This document shows, in pieces, positions 1 through 9,184 of a DNA stretch of 64,000 nucleotides; position 1 is the stretch's first letter; every line of letters begins with the position of its first letter. The notes under the pieces were generated by a model. It was not told the DNA's origin. It did not search any database and saw only the letters and a list, made by a program, of their open reading frames with translations. The position numbers and the translations under genes were made by a program. The stretch comes from Candidatus Hodarchaeota archaeon (GTDB lineage: Archaea > Asgardarchaeota > Lokiarchaeia > Sigyniarchaeales > SOKP01), in NCBI GenBank assembly GCA_048886685.1, contig JBHLKM010000012.1, positions 102,702 through 166,701 of the forward strand, written 5' to 3'.

Positions 1-149
1 TCTTATGTTATTTGTATTTAAATAAATCTTCCTTTATAAAGGTGGTAGATTTGTTGAATGTATAAGCTTAAATCACTAATTTCTAATAGTAATCATGACT
101 AAATTTTTTTTTGTAAAAATTAATGAAGAAAAGAAAAAGTATCATATAG

Positions 150-674
150 TTATCGATTTGTCATGTTATCTAAAATTCGTTTCGTTAACTTAATAAAAGC
201 TTCTTCAACATTCTGACCAGTCTTAGCAGAAGTTATAATTAAATCCATATTATTATTATTGGCAAACTGCTCTGCTTCTTTATCTGTTATTTTAATTTGA
301 CTTTTTAAATCAGACTTATTGCCTATTAATAATAGGGGTTGCTCTCCTCTTGCATTTTTAAAAGTTTCAATCCACTCATAAAGTTTATCAAAAGTACTCC
401 TATCTGTCAAATCAAAAATTACTAAACCGCCATTAGCACCTTCTAAATATAATCTTCTAAGGGATTTAAAAGACTCTTGACCACCTAGATCCCATATTTG
501 AGCAGATACCCCACCATTTATATCCATGTCTTTTTTTAGAAGATTTACACCAAGAGTTGCTTTATAATTTTCTCGGAATTTATTCTCTATAAAGCGATAG
601 ACTAATGATGTTTTACCTACATTCTTTTCGCCCAAAAGAGTTATTTTTATAACCCACTTAGGTTCTTCGTACAT
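150..674 (-). CDS. Rab-like small GTPase (Ras superfamily)
   Basis: G1 GEKNVGKTS, G3 WDLGGQ, G4 NKSD, G5 SAK; no C-terminal Cys motif. Confidence 0.93.
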   Translation of the reverse strand: MYEEPKWVIKITLLGEKNVGKTSLVYRFIENKFRENYKATLGVNLLKKDMDINGGVSAQIWDLGGQESFKSLRRLYLEGANGGLVIFDLTDRSTFDKLYEWIETFKNARGEQPLLLIGNKSDLKSQIKITDKEAEQFANNNNMDLIITSAKTGQNVEEAFIKLTKRILDNMTNR

Positions 675-795
675 AATAGTTCACGTAATTTCGGAAATTA
701 ATAATTTTCTTTATATTCACAATATAGTTTATAATTATTAATAATTTTCTTATTCCATTTTAAGAATAAATTAAAAAAAGTAGAATTTGCGGCAA

Positions 796-1275
796 TTAGT
801 CTTTTTGGAAAACAATCATGAAATCACAATGATTCTCACCGGTTTGTAAACTACACCCCGTCTCTTGAGCAAAACAATGTCTTTCGGTTAGCTTCTCTAC
901 TATTCCTGCTAACACACCAGCTTCAAATGAGCAAAAACCTCCTGTCGATTTTATCCCTTTTTTAATTAAATCCTTGATAGATGAATGATCCTTCATTTTT
1001 AGCTCAATTATTTCATCTGTACTCTCTGTTATTTCAATTTCTCCTAGATTAAATTGAGAAATTATATCTTTTAACTCATTAGGAGTTTGACTTATATCCT
1101 TTACTTGTTTTACTTTTAACGTACTGCCAAGTTCATGACCTATATAGTAGTGAATCGCTTCTAGTTGATGACCTAAAGCCAGCAGAGCTCCAACCTTCAT
1201 ATCCCCAATAGGTTTACCCTCTTTCAAGTTTTTTCTCATTTGAGCTAATATTTTCGAGAGCAATTGTCTATCCAT
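796..1275 (-). CDS. V4R-domain protein (V4R/Bet3-like fold)
   Basis: C-terminal CSFEAGVLAGIVE...ETGCSLQTGENHCDF matches the V4R pattern. Confidence 0.8.
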   Translation of the reverse strand: MDRQLLSKILAQMRKNLKEGKPIGDMKVGALLALGHQLEAIHYYIGHELGSTLKVKQVKDISQTPNELKDIISQFNLGEIEITESTDEIIELKMKDHSSIKDLIKKGIKSTGGFCSFEAGVLAGIVEKLTERHCFAQETGCSLQTGENHCDFMIVFQKD

Positions 1276-1360
1276 ACATTTTCACTTCTTTCATTTTAAT
1301 TAATATTCTATATTATTTCTAGATTATTTTACAACTCATTTACATTTTTCATTTTATTTC

Positions 1361-1660
1361 TTATATTTTTACTGATGAGATGAATGCGTACAGGATAGCA
1401 TCAATGATTTCTTCTTCTGTAATATTTACAGATAATTTTTTATCTGCAATGATCAATGTTGGGACTGACGTAATCCGATATTCTTGTGTAAATTGACGAT
1501 TATCTTCAAGATCGATCAAAATTTTTTCAATTCTTAATTTTTTTCCAAATAATGATATATTTATTCTCTTTAACATTTCTTCGACTGGAAGACAAGGTGC
1601 GCAGTGATTTGACGAAAAGAACAAAATTTTTGGATAGCCTTGATTAATGTCATCGTACAT
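1361..1660 (-). CDS. Thioredoxin-fold protein
   Basis: CAPC CxxC motif and cis-Pro motif SVPTL; 99 aa. Confidence 0.8.
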   Translation of the reverse strand: MYDDINQGYPKILFFSSNHCAPCLPVEEMLKRINISLFGKKLRIEKILIDLEDNRQFTQEYRITSVPTLIIADKKLSVNITEEEIIDAILYAFISSVKI

Positions 1661-1663
1661 TTT

Positions 1664-2215
1664 TTAGGCTTCTTTGTATTTATGATATAAATTTTTAATT
1701 ATTGCTTGAAATGCTTGAAACACACCCTGTCCGGTCTTAGCAGATGTCGTATAATATCCAAGAAAGCCTCTTTCTTCGACTATATTTTTTGCTTTCTCAT
1801 CATCTAATTCATTTTCATCAATTAAATCGGTTTTATTGCCGAATAAAACAATGGGGAGATCTCCAGTATAGCTTTTAATATCTTCATGCCAATTGGGAAT
1901 GTGATTAAAGCTATCGTCGTCAGTATGGCTGAATACTATTATTGCAGCTTTTGATCCTTTGTAAAATGTTGGACGCATAAAATCAAATTCTCTTTGACCC
2001 GCAATGTCCCAAAAAAATAGTTTGCAATTGTTTCCTTCAATTTCCTCATCATATTTAGAAAATTGCGCCCCTAAAGTTTTAATATAATCCTTTTGAAAAC
2101 TTCCCTGAGTATATTTTTTGATTAATGAAGTCTTCCCTACAGCTCCATCTCCGATCACAGTAATCTTAAAAACAAACCCTTTTGCAGCATCATCATTTTT
2201 ACCCATTTCATTCAC
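1664..2215 (-). CDS. Rab-like small GTPase
   Basis: GDGAVGKTS, WDIAGQ, NKTD, SAK motifs. Confidence 0.93.
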   Translation of the reverse strand: MNEMGKNDDAAKGFVFKITVIGDGAVGKTSLIKKYTQGSFQKDYIKTLGAQFSKYDEEIEGNNCKLFFWDIAGQREFDFMRPTFYKGSKAAIIVFSHTDDDSFNHIPNWHEDIKSYTGDLPIVLFGNKTDLIDENELDDEKAKNIVEERGFLGYYTTSAKTGQGVFQAFQAIIKNLYHKYKEA

Positions 2216-2346
2216 TCCGTAGAATTTTAATTAGATTTTTTCCGTTTTTTATGCAATAATTTCAAAATTATTAGATATTATTTTTTATTTATTTTTATTT
2301 GTTATTAATTTATATTAATAATAATAACTCGTTTTAAATATTTACA

Positions 2347-2799
2347 TTGAGACAGATGGCTCAAGACATAGCTGATATGCAATTTTGTGAAAATTGTAAA
2401 ATGAATGTTTTTCCAACAAGACCCAAATTCAATATCAAAATCTTTGGTATATTTGCTGTCTTGATTTCAGCTATAATTATTCCGCCTACAATTGTATATC
2501 TTCCGATTCTATCAGGGCTTTTCATTTTTCTCTTTATAATGTGGGGTTTCATGCTTTTAAATCCTTATTTGATCTATTATGTAGTTAAAAAAAAGGAATT
2601 TTGTCCAAGATGTTTTCAAAAAGTTGTTGAAAAAAACTTGGATTATCAACCTTTTGGTGAAAAAGAACCTGAGGTCTATAAATTTATAGCTCCCCGGAAA
2701 ACATCTTTTAATTGGTATTGTCCTCATTGTGGTAACTCCTTGATTGAAGGCGCAAAATTTTGCAGCTCATGTGGGAAGAAATTTGAGATTCAAAGGTGA
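2347..2799 (+). CDS. Zinc-ribbon membrane protein
   Basis: CxxC pairs flank a hydrophobic hairpin; C-terminal CPHC...CSSC ribbon. Confidence 0.65.
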   Translation: MRQMAQDIADMQFCENCKMNVFPTRPKFNIKIFGIFAVLISAIIIPPTIVYLPILSGLFIFLFIMWGFMLLNPYLIYYVVKKKEFCPRCFQKVVEKNLDYQPFGEKEPEVYKFIAPRKTSFNWYCPHCGNSLIEGAKFCSSCGKKFEIQR

Positions 2800-3302
2800 T
2801 TGCCAATATGGATGGTTTAGAAAGAATTGAAAAAATCATTAGAACCTATTCCGCTAAGAATTTAAAGATTGCCATTGCCGAGTCCTGTACAGGAGGATAT
2901 ATCTCACATATGATAACCAACATTTCTGGAGCCTCTAAAGTATTTGAAAGAGGAATTGTTTGTTACAGCAATCAAGCAAAAATCGATCTACTAAAGGTAA
3001 AACCTAATTCTCTTGAAGTACACGGAGCGGTTTCTCAAAATGTTGTAAAACAATTAGCATATAATATAAGAACATTATCAAATGTGGATATAGGGATTGG
3101 TATTAGTGGTATTGCGGGACCAACGGGTGGTACTCCTGAAAAACCTGTTGGAACAGTCTATATTGGATTCTCAACGGAAGAAGAAATTCAAGTTAATAGA
3201 TTTAATTTTAAAGCAAATAGGATATTGTTTAAAAAATTGGTTTTAGAGAAAATCATTGAACTTTTAGAACAAGAGGTAAAAATTAATAAAAACAAGATTT
3301 AA
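2796..3302 (+). CDS. cinA: CinA C-terminal domain / NMN deamidase (PncC-like)
   Basis: AESCTGG, YSNQAK, GAVS, SGIAGPTGG motifs. Confidence 0.9.
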   Translation: MIANMDGLERIEKIIRTYSAKNLKIAIAESCTGGYISHMITNISGASKVFERGIVCYSNQAKIDLLKVKPNSLEVHGAVSQNVVKQLAYNIRTLSNVDIGIGISGIAGPTGGTPEKPVGTVYIGFSTEEEIQVNRFNFKANRILFKKLVLEKIIELLEQEVKINKNKI

Positions 3303-3428
3303 AATTCTAAAATAGGCTCAATGGCAAAGAATTTATTAAAATTAGTTGTTATAATTTAAATATTGAGTATAATATTTTTTTTGTTAGAATTAATTACAAT
3401 TACAACTGGATAACATAAATTATTCAAG

Positions 3429-3893
3429 ATGGTCGTTCGAGAAGCTGGATTAATATTTAGGGGTTTTACGCTAGTAAAGAAAACCTTTCATAAAACCGAT
3501 AGAGGAAAAATTGATATAGATCTACGAAGTGGACTACTTGATGCTATTATGTCCTTTGCAGAATCTGCTTTTATGGAAAGTTCCCTTGAATACTTTGAGG
3601 GTGAGAAATATATTATTGTATTTACCAAAGAAAAGATTATGTCTGATGATAGCATAGAGCCTGAAAGTTTAACTTCCTATGTTATCTTGGACAGAGAAAA
3701 AAAAACAGAGAAATATATCCATAAGATAATTCAACCTTTATTAAAAAACGTAATAAATGAATTTACAACTATATATACAGGAAAGAATTTATCAGAAGTT
3801 TCTCAATTTAAGAATTTTAAAAATAATTTAGATAGGATCTATGGGTCAGATACAAAAACAATCGACCAAAAACTCAAAGGGGTTTTTTCATAA
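3429..3893 (+). CDS. Longin/roadblock-like hypothetical protein
   Basis: Pattern GLIFRG...DLRSGLLDAIMSFA typical of Asgard longin-like domains; fold inferred. Confidence 0.5.
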   Translation: MVVREAGLIFRGFTLVKKTFHKTDRGKIDIDLRSGLLDAIMSFAESAFMESSLEYFEGEKYIIVFTKEKIMSDDSIEPESLTSYVILDREKKTEKYIHKIIQPLLKNVINEFTTIYTGKNLSEVSQFKNFKNNLDRIYGSDTKTIDQKLKGVFS

Positions 3894-3933
3894 AAACATT
3901 CTTAATTAAACAACCTTAAAACTATATCTTCTT

Positions 3934-4881
3934 TTACCTTTGTGATTCCATAAGAAACCATAAAATTATTGGTAATGCTATTGTAGCATCTGAAATAACT
4001 GTTGAATATTTTGCATTTTCATTCACTTTACCCCAGGATATAGCTTCTTGTAATGTAGCTCCACTTAATCCTCCGGATTCAGGACGATCCATTGTAATTT
4101 GAATCGCATAAGTTGCAGAATTTGGGCAAAATTGCAATGATTGCATTATAAAATTCTTCGGAACCCCACCTCCAACAAAACAAACTCCAGCTTTTTTGGC
4201 GTCCCAAGCCAAGTTGACCATTTCTAGCATATCCTTAAAATGGTTTAAATTTATCTTTTGATTGTGGATTCCTATTTGCATAGCAAGACCTGAATCTGTG
4301 AAGGCAGGACAAAAAATTGGCACTTTTTTCTGTTCACAAATTTTTAGGATAGATTGAGACTCTTTTGGAAGTTGTTCACCGAGAAATCTCAAGAATGAGC
4401 TAACGGACATTTGAGAATCAGGAATCTTCAGATTTGAAATAAAATCTTCAATCCCTTTATACACCTTATTTGGCATAAGTACATCATAAATTCTATTCAT
4501 TTCAGCTTTATGCAAATCTGAATCATTTAAATCACTTGGATTAAAAGATCCTCCTTGTAAATGGTGATATCCTAAAGCTTCTGCTAGGTCATGAGTTAAG
4601 TTTGCACCTGTAGTCACTAAAATATCAATAAATCCTTCTTTTATGAAATCATACACTACTTTTTGCATTCCAGCAGGAACAAGAGCTCCTGCTAAACCGA
4701 AGAACTTTATGCATTCCTCATCATTTATCATTTCTCTATAAATTTCACACGCTAGAGCTAATCTCTTGGCATTAAATCCAGTATTTTTTAATGAATTTAT
4801 AAGGCTTAAAATATTCGTTTCATTTGTTATTTCCAACTGATTTACTTTTTTTAGAATATCTTCTAAATTTTTCTCTGGCAT
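3934..4881 (-). CDS. dys: Deoxyhypusine synthase
   Basis: TTGANLTHD, GGGVPKN, SGGLSGAT, EAISWGK (catalytic Lys). Confidence 0.93.
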   Translation of the reverse strand: MPEKNLEDILKKVNQLEITNETNILSLINSLKNTGFNAKRLALACEIYREMINDEECIKFFGLAGALVPAGMQKVVYDFIKEGFIDILVTTGANLTHDLAEALGYHHLQGGSFNPSDLNDSDLHKAEMNRIYDVLMPNKVYKGIEDFISNLKIPDSQMSVSSFLRFLGEQLPKESQSILKICEQKKVPIFCPAFTDSGLAMQIGIHNQKINLNHFKDMLEMVNLAWDAKKAGVCFVGGGVPKNFIMQSLQFCPNSATYAIQITMDRPESGGLSGATLQEAISWGKVNENAKYSTVISDATIALPIILWFLMESQR

Positions 4882-4886
4882 CTATA

Positions 4887-5792
4887 TCAATGAAAACTTT
4901 TACTTCTAATAAAATACATAAATTCAACAATCAATTTTGCTGCCAAAATGCATGTCATTTTATTTTCCAAATCTAAATTTGGGGCAACTTCAACTAAATC
5001 AAACCCTATAACATCAAAATCTTCTGTTATTTCTTTCAAAATTTTCCACATATCGCGATAAGAAAAACCACCAGGTATTGCATAACCCGTACCAGGAGCA
5101 ATCGAAGGATCTAAAACATCAATGTCAATTGAAACATATAGACTATTAACATTTGATTTTTTGAAAAAATCCTTGATACCATTAATGTAATAATCTAATC
5201 CATCAATGATATGATAAGCATTAAGGTATTTGATATTTTCCGAATTAGCTAAGTTATATTCCTCAATGTCAATATCACGAGTGCCAACAATTAACAAATT
5301 ATTATTATTAACATAATCTAAGTCATAAATTCTATGAGAAATAGTTGCATGGGAATAGACTCCTTTATCCCATTCTTGATAAAAATCTAAATGAGAATCG
5401 AAAATTAACACGCCAAAATCTTCTCTTTTCTTAGTATGATCACCAACAACTTTTACGATTGGATATGTACAGAAATGATCTCCCCCTATCATAATAGGGA
5501 TAATCTTCTCATTCTTTTCATATAAATTTTTAAGAAAACTTTCAATAGAAATAAGATTTTTTTCTACATCTCTCGGTTCAATTGTCACATCTCCCACATC
5601 AACAGCTTTAAAATCAGGTATATGAAATCCCATTTCTGTTGTATAACCAATATCTTCTGTAATATTCCTTATATGTTTAGGAGCGATCGAAGAATTAGGT
5701 AAAACTGTAGATGTTAAATAATCCCATGGTATACCAAAAACTACGTATTTTGTATCCTTTTTAATTTGATTCCCAAAATTAAAAAAATTCAT
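4887..5792 (-). CDS. speB: Agmatinase (ureohydrolase family)
   Basis: GGDH, DSHLD, SIDIDVLDP, APGTG, DLVEVAP; adjacent to dys. Confidence 0.88.
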   Translation of the reverse strand: MNFFNFGNQIKKDTKYVVFGIPWDYLTSTVLPNSSIAPKHIRNITEDIGYTTEMGFHIPDFKAVDVGDVTIEPRDVEKNLISIESFLKNLYEKNEKIIPIMIGGDHFCTYPIVKVVGDHTKKREDFGVLIFDSHLDFYQEWDKGVYSHATISHRIYDLDYVNNNNLLIVGTRDIDIEEYNLANSENIKYLNAYHIIDGLDYYINGIKDFFKKSNVNSLYVSIDIDVLDPSIAPGTGYAIPGGFSYRDMWKILKEITEDFDVIGFDLVEVAPNLDLENKMTCILAAKLIVEFMYFIRSKSFH

Positions 5793-5817
5793 GTGATTTT
5801 CCTACTTTCTAATATTG

Positions 5818-7533
5818 TTACATATTTTCTAAAGTCTCAATTCCTAGGATGTTTAATCCTATTTTAATGACAATCTGAACACATTTTATCAACAATAACC
5901 TAGCTCTTTCCATTTGCTTATCATCAGAAATAACAGGGCATACACTATAAAAAGAATTGAAAGTCTGGCATAAGTTTAAAAGATATTGAGGAATTAAATG
6001 AATATTATAGCTCTGAGCCGCTTCTTCAATAATTTCAGGAAAGTAATTCAAATGCTTTATCAAATTTTGTTCAGTTTCATGATTAAACAAATCCCAGTTG
6101 ATATCTAAATCGATGTTTTCCTTTGATTTTGATATTATCGATTCGATTCGTGCAAAACAGTATTGTATATAAGGACCTGTTTCTCCTTCGAAAGAGATAC
6201 TTTCTTTTGGATTAAAAACAAAATCAGATTTAAGATTAAACTTTAAGATGAAAAAGGTTAATGCTCCCATGCCTATAACCTTCGCTCTAATCTTTTTTTC
6301 TTCTTTACTAAGGTTATGATATCTCTTATCTACTTCGTTATATGCTAGATCGAGCACTTCCTCAATAATATCATCTGCATCAACAATATTTCCCTCTCGA
6401 CTTTTCATTCTCCCTTCTGGGAGATGTATCATGCCATATGATAAATGAAAATTATCTTCTTTGAATCCAATCATTTCTAAAACTTTAAACAATTGCTTAA
6501 AATAAAGATTCTGTTCATTCGCAACGACATATAAAGATCTATCATAATTAAAATCTTGTTTTTTAAGATATGCAAGGTAGATATCTTGAGTAATATAAAT
6601 AGAAGTACCATCACTTCGGAGCAAAATTACATTTGGAATGTTATATTCTTCCTCTAAATCAGCATAAATTGCACCATCTTCAGTTTTTTTAAAAATTCCT
6701 TTCTCTAAATTTTCAAGTATGATTTTTCTTCCTTTAGTATAAATATCTGATTCATTATATTCCTTGATGAATTTTAAATCAAAATTTTTAAAGGTTTCTT
6801 CGAAGCCTTCTAGAGCCCAATTTCTCATTTTCTCCCAAAGAATTCGAGTTTCTGGATCTTCAGCTTCCCATAAGCGTAATAATGTATAGGCTTCATTTAT
6901 TAAATTTTCGTCCTTTTCTGCCATTTCACTGTATTTCAAATAAAAATCTCCTGCAAAATGATCAGACTTTTTTGTTGGTTCTTGATTATTTCCCCATTTT
7001 TTGTAAGCTAGCATAGATTTACAAATATTAATCCCTCTGTCATTTCTTAAGTTAACCTCGAATACTTCTTGCTTTTTATATCGCAATAAATTTGATATCG
7101 AAGTGCCTATCAGTATATTTCGTACGTGCCCTAAATGGAGTGGATGGTTAGTATTAGCAGAAGGATATTCTATCACAATTCTTAATGGTTTCTTACTTTT
7201 TTCCCCTAAAACTTCATAAATCCTTCCATAATCATTTTTCAATTCAAAAATATTCTCTAAAACAATTGAAGGCTTAAGTTTAAAATTCAAATATGGTCCT
7301 ATTGCTTCAATTCGTTCAATAAAATCTGGTGAAGTTAACTCTTTTGCTAACCTTTGAGCAATCTGCTTTGGATTCTTCTTTTCAATTTTACTTAATCGAT
7401 ACACCGGAAATGCATAAGAAAAACTAATGTCTGGTGGAGGAATTTCTATAGTATCTTCAATTTCCTCTAAAGATAGATTAGTAATATGATTTGCAAGAAA
7501 TTCTGCGATAGTGGATTTGTCGATAATTTTCAT
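5818..7533 (-). CDS. argS: Arginyl-tRNA synthetase
   Basis: HLGH (HIGH) motif, RMKSREG, GETGPYIQY, C-terminal ENM. Confidence 0.96.
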   Translation of the reverse strand: MKIIDKSTIAEFLANHITNLSLEEIEDTIEIPPPDISFSYAFPVYRLSKIEKKNPKQIAQRLAKELTSPDFIERIEAIGPYLNFKLKPSIVLENIFELKNDYGRIYEVLGEKSKKPLRIVIEYPSANTNHPLHLGHVRNILIGTSISNLLRYKKQEVFEVNLRNDRGINICKSMLAYKKWGNNQEPTKKSDHFAGDFYLKYSEMAEKDENLINEAYTLLRLWEAEDPETRILWEKMRNWALEGFEETFKNFDLKFIKEYNESDIYTKGRKIILENLEKGIFKKTEDGAIYADLEEEYNIPNVILLRSDGTSIYITQDIYLAYLKKQDFNYDRSLYVVANEQNLYFKQLFKVLEMIGFKEDNFHLSYGMIHLPEGRMKSREGNIVDADDIIEEVLDLAYNEVDKRYHNLSKEEKKIRAKVIGMGALTFFILKFNLKSDFVFNPKESISFEGETGPYIQYCFARIESIISKSKENIDLDINWDLFNHETEQNLIKHLNYFPEIIEEAAQSYNIHLIPQYLLNLCQTFNSFYSVCPVISDDKQMERARLLLIKCVQIVIKIGLNILGIETLENM

Positions 7534-7715
7534 TATTCTTCTTTCTTGTTCAATTATGGTTCTTATATGATAAAGATTAAAACTTTTATCCGTTTTGTAA
7601 AATAAATTTCTGATACCACATAAAATTTTTCATTGAAGTATTATCATCTTTTAAAGAAAATCTAGATTGGATTGCGGGATTCATTCGAGTATTAAAATAA
7701 ATCTTTAGGAGTTAT

Positions 7716-8447
7716 TTATCTAAAAGGAGTAACCTCAATCGTTTTTTCTCTTATATTCTTCCGATTTAAAATTTTTTCCTTCATTTTTGGTATAATCCTA
7801 TCAAAAATAATATATAAATACGGAATGCCTTGATTAGTTAAAATTAGAGAATCATATACAAGTAAGTCAATTCCACTTGGCCTGATTCCAGTAAAAAGTA
7901 AATAAGATTCCATCATAAAGGAAAGCATAACCCCAACCCAAAAAATAAAAATAATTCTTTTATAACTATATCCCAAAATTAATAGGAGTAAATATCCAAT
8001 AATTACTGTTGAAATTTCAACAATTCTTAGGTGTTTCATATGCCTAATCGTAATAATTTCAGTGTCATTTAGAGGTAAGATTTGAGACAACCCAGCAATC
8101 ACAAGCCAACCCCCATATAAAAAAAAAGTCCATAATAGTACTTCCTTCATATTTTCTTTTTCGAACATAATCATAACCCAACTAAAAGCAAGTAATCCAT
8201 AACTAAAATCCATCATAAAATCTACCGCAATTTTTAGATCAGGGGGACTAATCTCTCGAATGCCGGTATTCCACCATACTATTCCATCTATTATTAAAAA
8301 AAGTAAACCACATAATAAACCAACAATAAGAGGGATTTCCTTTTTTTGTATTATTAAAATTGAAATAAATAGAATAAAAAAAATTAAATCAAAAATAAGA
8401 TAATCCAAATCAAAAATCCTAACAACATCATAAGTAACTCGCATCAT
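7716..8447 (-). CDS. Multi-pass membrane protein, unknown function
   Basis: About 7 hydrophobic segments; N- and C-terminal halves look related (TGIREISPP / TGIRPSG). Confidence 0.6.
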   Translation of the reverse strand: MMRVTYDVVRIFDLDYLIFDLIFFILFISILIIQKKEIPLIVGLLCGLLFLIIDGIVWWNTGIREISPPDLKIAVDFMMDFSYGLLAFSWVMIMFEKENMKEVLLWTFFLYGGWLVIAGLSQILPLNDTEIITIRHMKHLRIVEISTVIIGYLLLLILGYSYKRIIFIFWVGVMLSFMMESYLLFTGIRPSGIDLLVYDSLILTNQGIPYLYIIFDRIIPKMKEKILNRKNIREKTIEVTPFR

Positions 8448-8708
8448 CTATAACTCCCCAGAATAACCATTTAAATGAGCCATAAAATCAATCCCCTCAT
8501 ACTTTCTAATAATTGTTTAAAAAACTGGTGAAATTAAAAATTTACCATTTTATTCTTTTAACTCATGAAATGGTTTTAACTTAAAAGAACTAGCATGATG
8601 TTAAATTTATCCTTAAAAGAAGATTAAAATAGTATTAATTTTATAATTAATATCAAAGAAAATTAGAATCTTAAGTTATCAGAATAACTCCTTAATTTGG
8701 GTGTAAAT

Positions 8709-9056
8709 ATGGCTGAAAAAAAAGGTAATTTTATGTTAAAATGGAATGATGAAGCCGGCCAATTTCTTCCCTTAGAATCTGATTCAGATATGAACGATGG
8801 TATATTCTTAGAATTAGTTGAAGAAGAAGATATATGGAAATTTTTCTATATAAAAGGTGCTTCTTTAATCGCTAGACGCACATCGCTCAGAGTTGCAAAT
8901 GGAATAGCAAAAACGGGTTATGTTCATCCACAAACTAATTTGCGCTACGGAGTTGAATGTAAATTAGAGGAAGAGCTTTCGCCCTATGAAGACATGCCCG
9001 AGAATCTTAAAAAACCTCAAAGAACGTGGTATAAAGGCGAGTTTAGAGAATATTAA
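8709..9056 (+). CDS. Hypothetical protein, possibly a divergent single gelsolin-like domain
   Basis: IFLEL...IWKFFYIKGASLIARRTSLRVANGI loosely resembles the gelsolin strand-strand-helix core; ATG at 8709 preferred over TTG at 8697. Confidence 0.4.
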   Translation: MAEKKGNFMLKWNDEAGQFLPLESDSDMNDGIFLELVEEEDIWKFFYIKGASLIARRTSLRVANGIAKTGYVHPQTNLRYGVECKLEEELSPYEDMPENLKKPQRTWYKGEFREY

Positions 9057-9184
9057 AATTATTCCTTCGAAACTTTATTATCTACTCTTTTTGTTTTACT
9101 TCCCCTCTAAATAGAGATGAATTTCGACTATTTTGTGTATTTTTAATCAAAAATATTTTAAATTTTAAAAATATTGCAGAATCA

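Noticed and set aside
7620-8560. Weak matches to the repeat core (aatttttcattgaag near 7624; aatttaccattttattc near 8539)
   Set aside because: Too short and AT-rich, and they lack the TCAGAC core.
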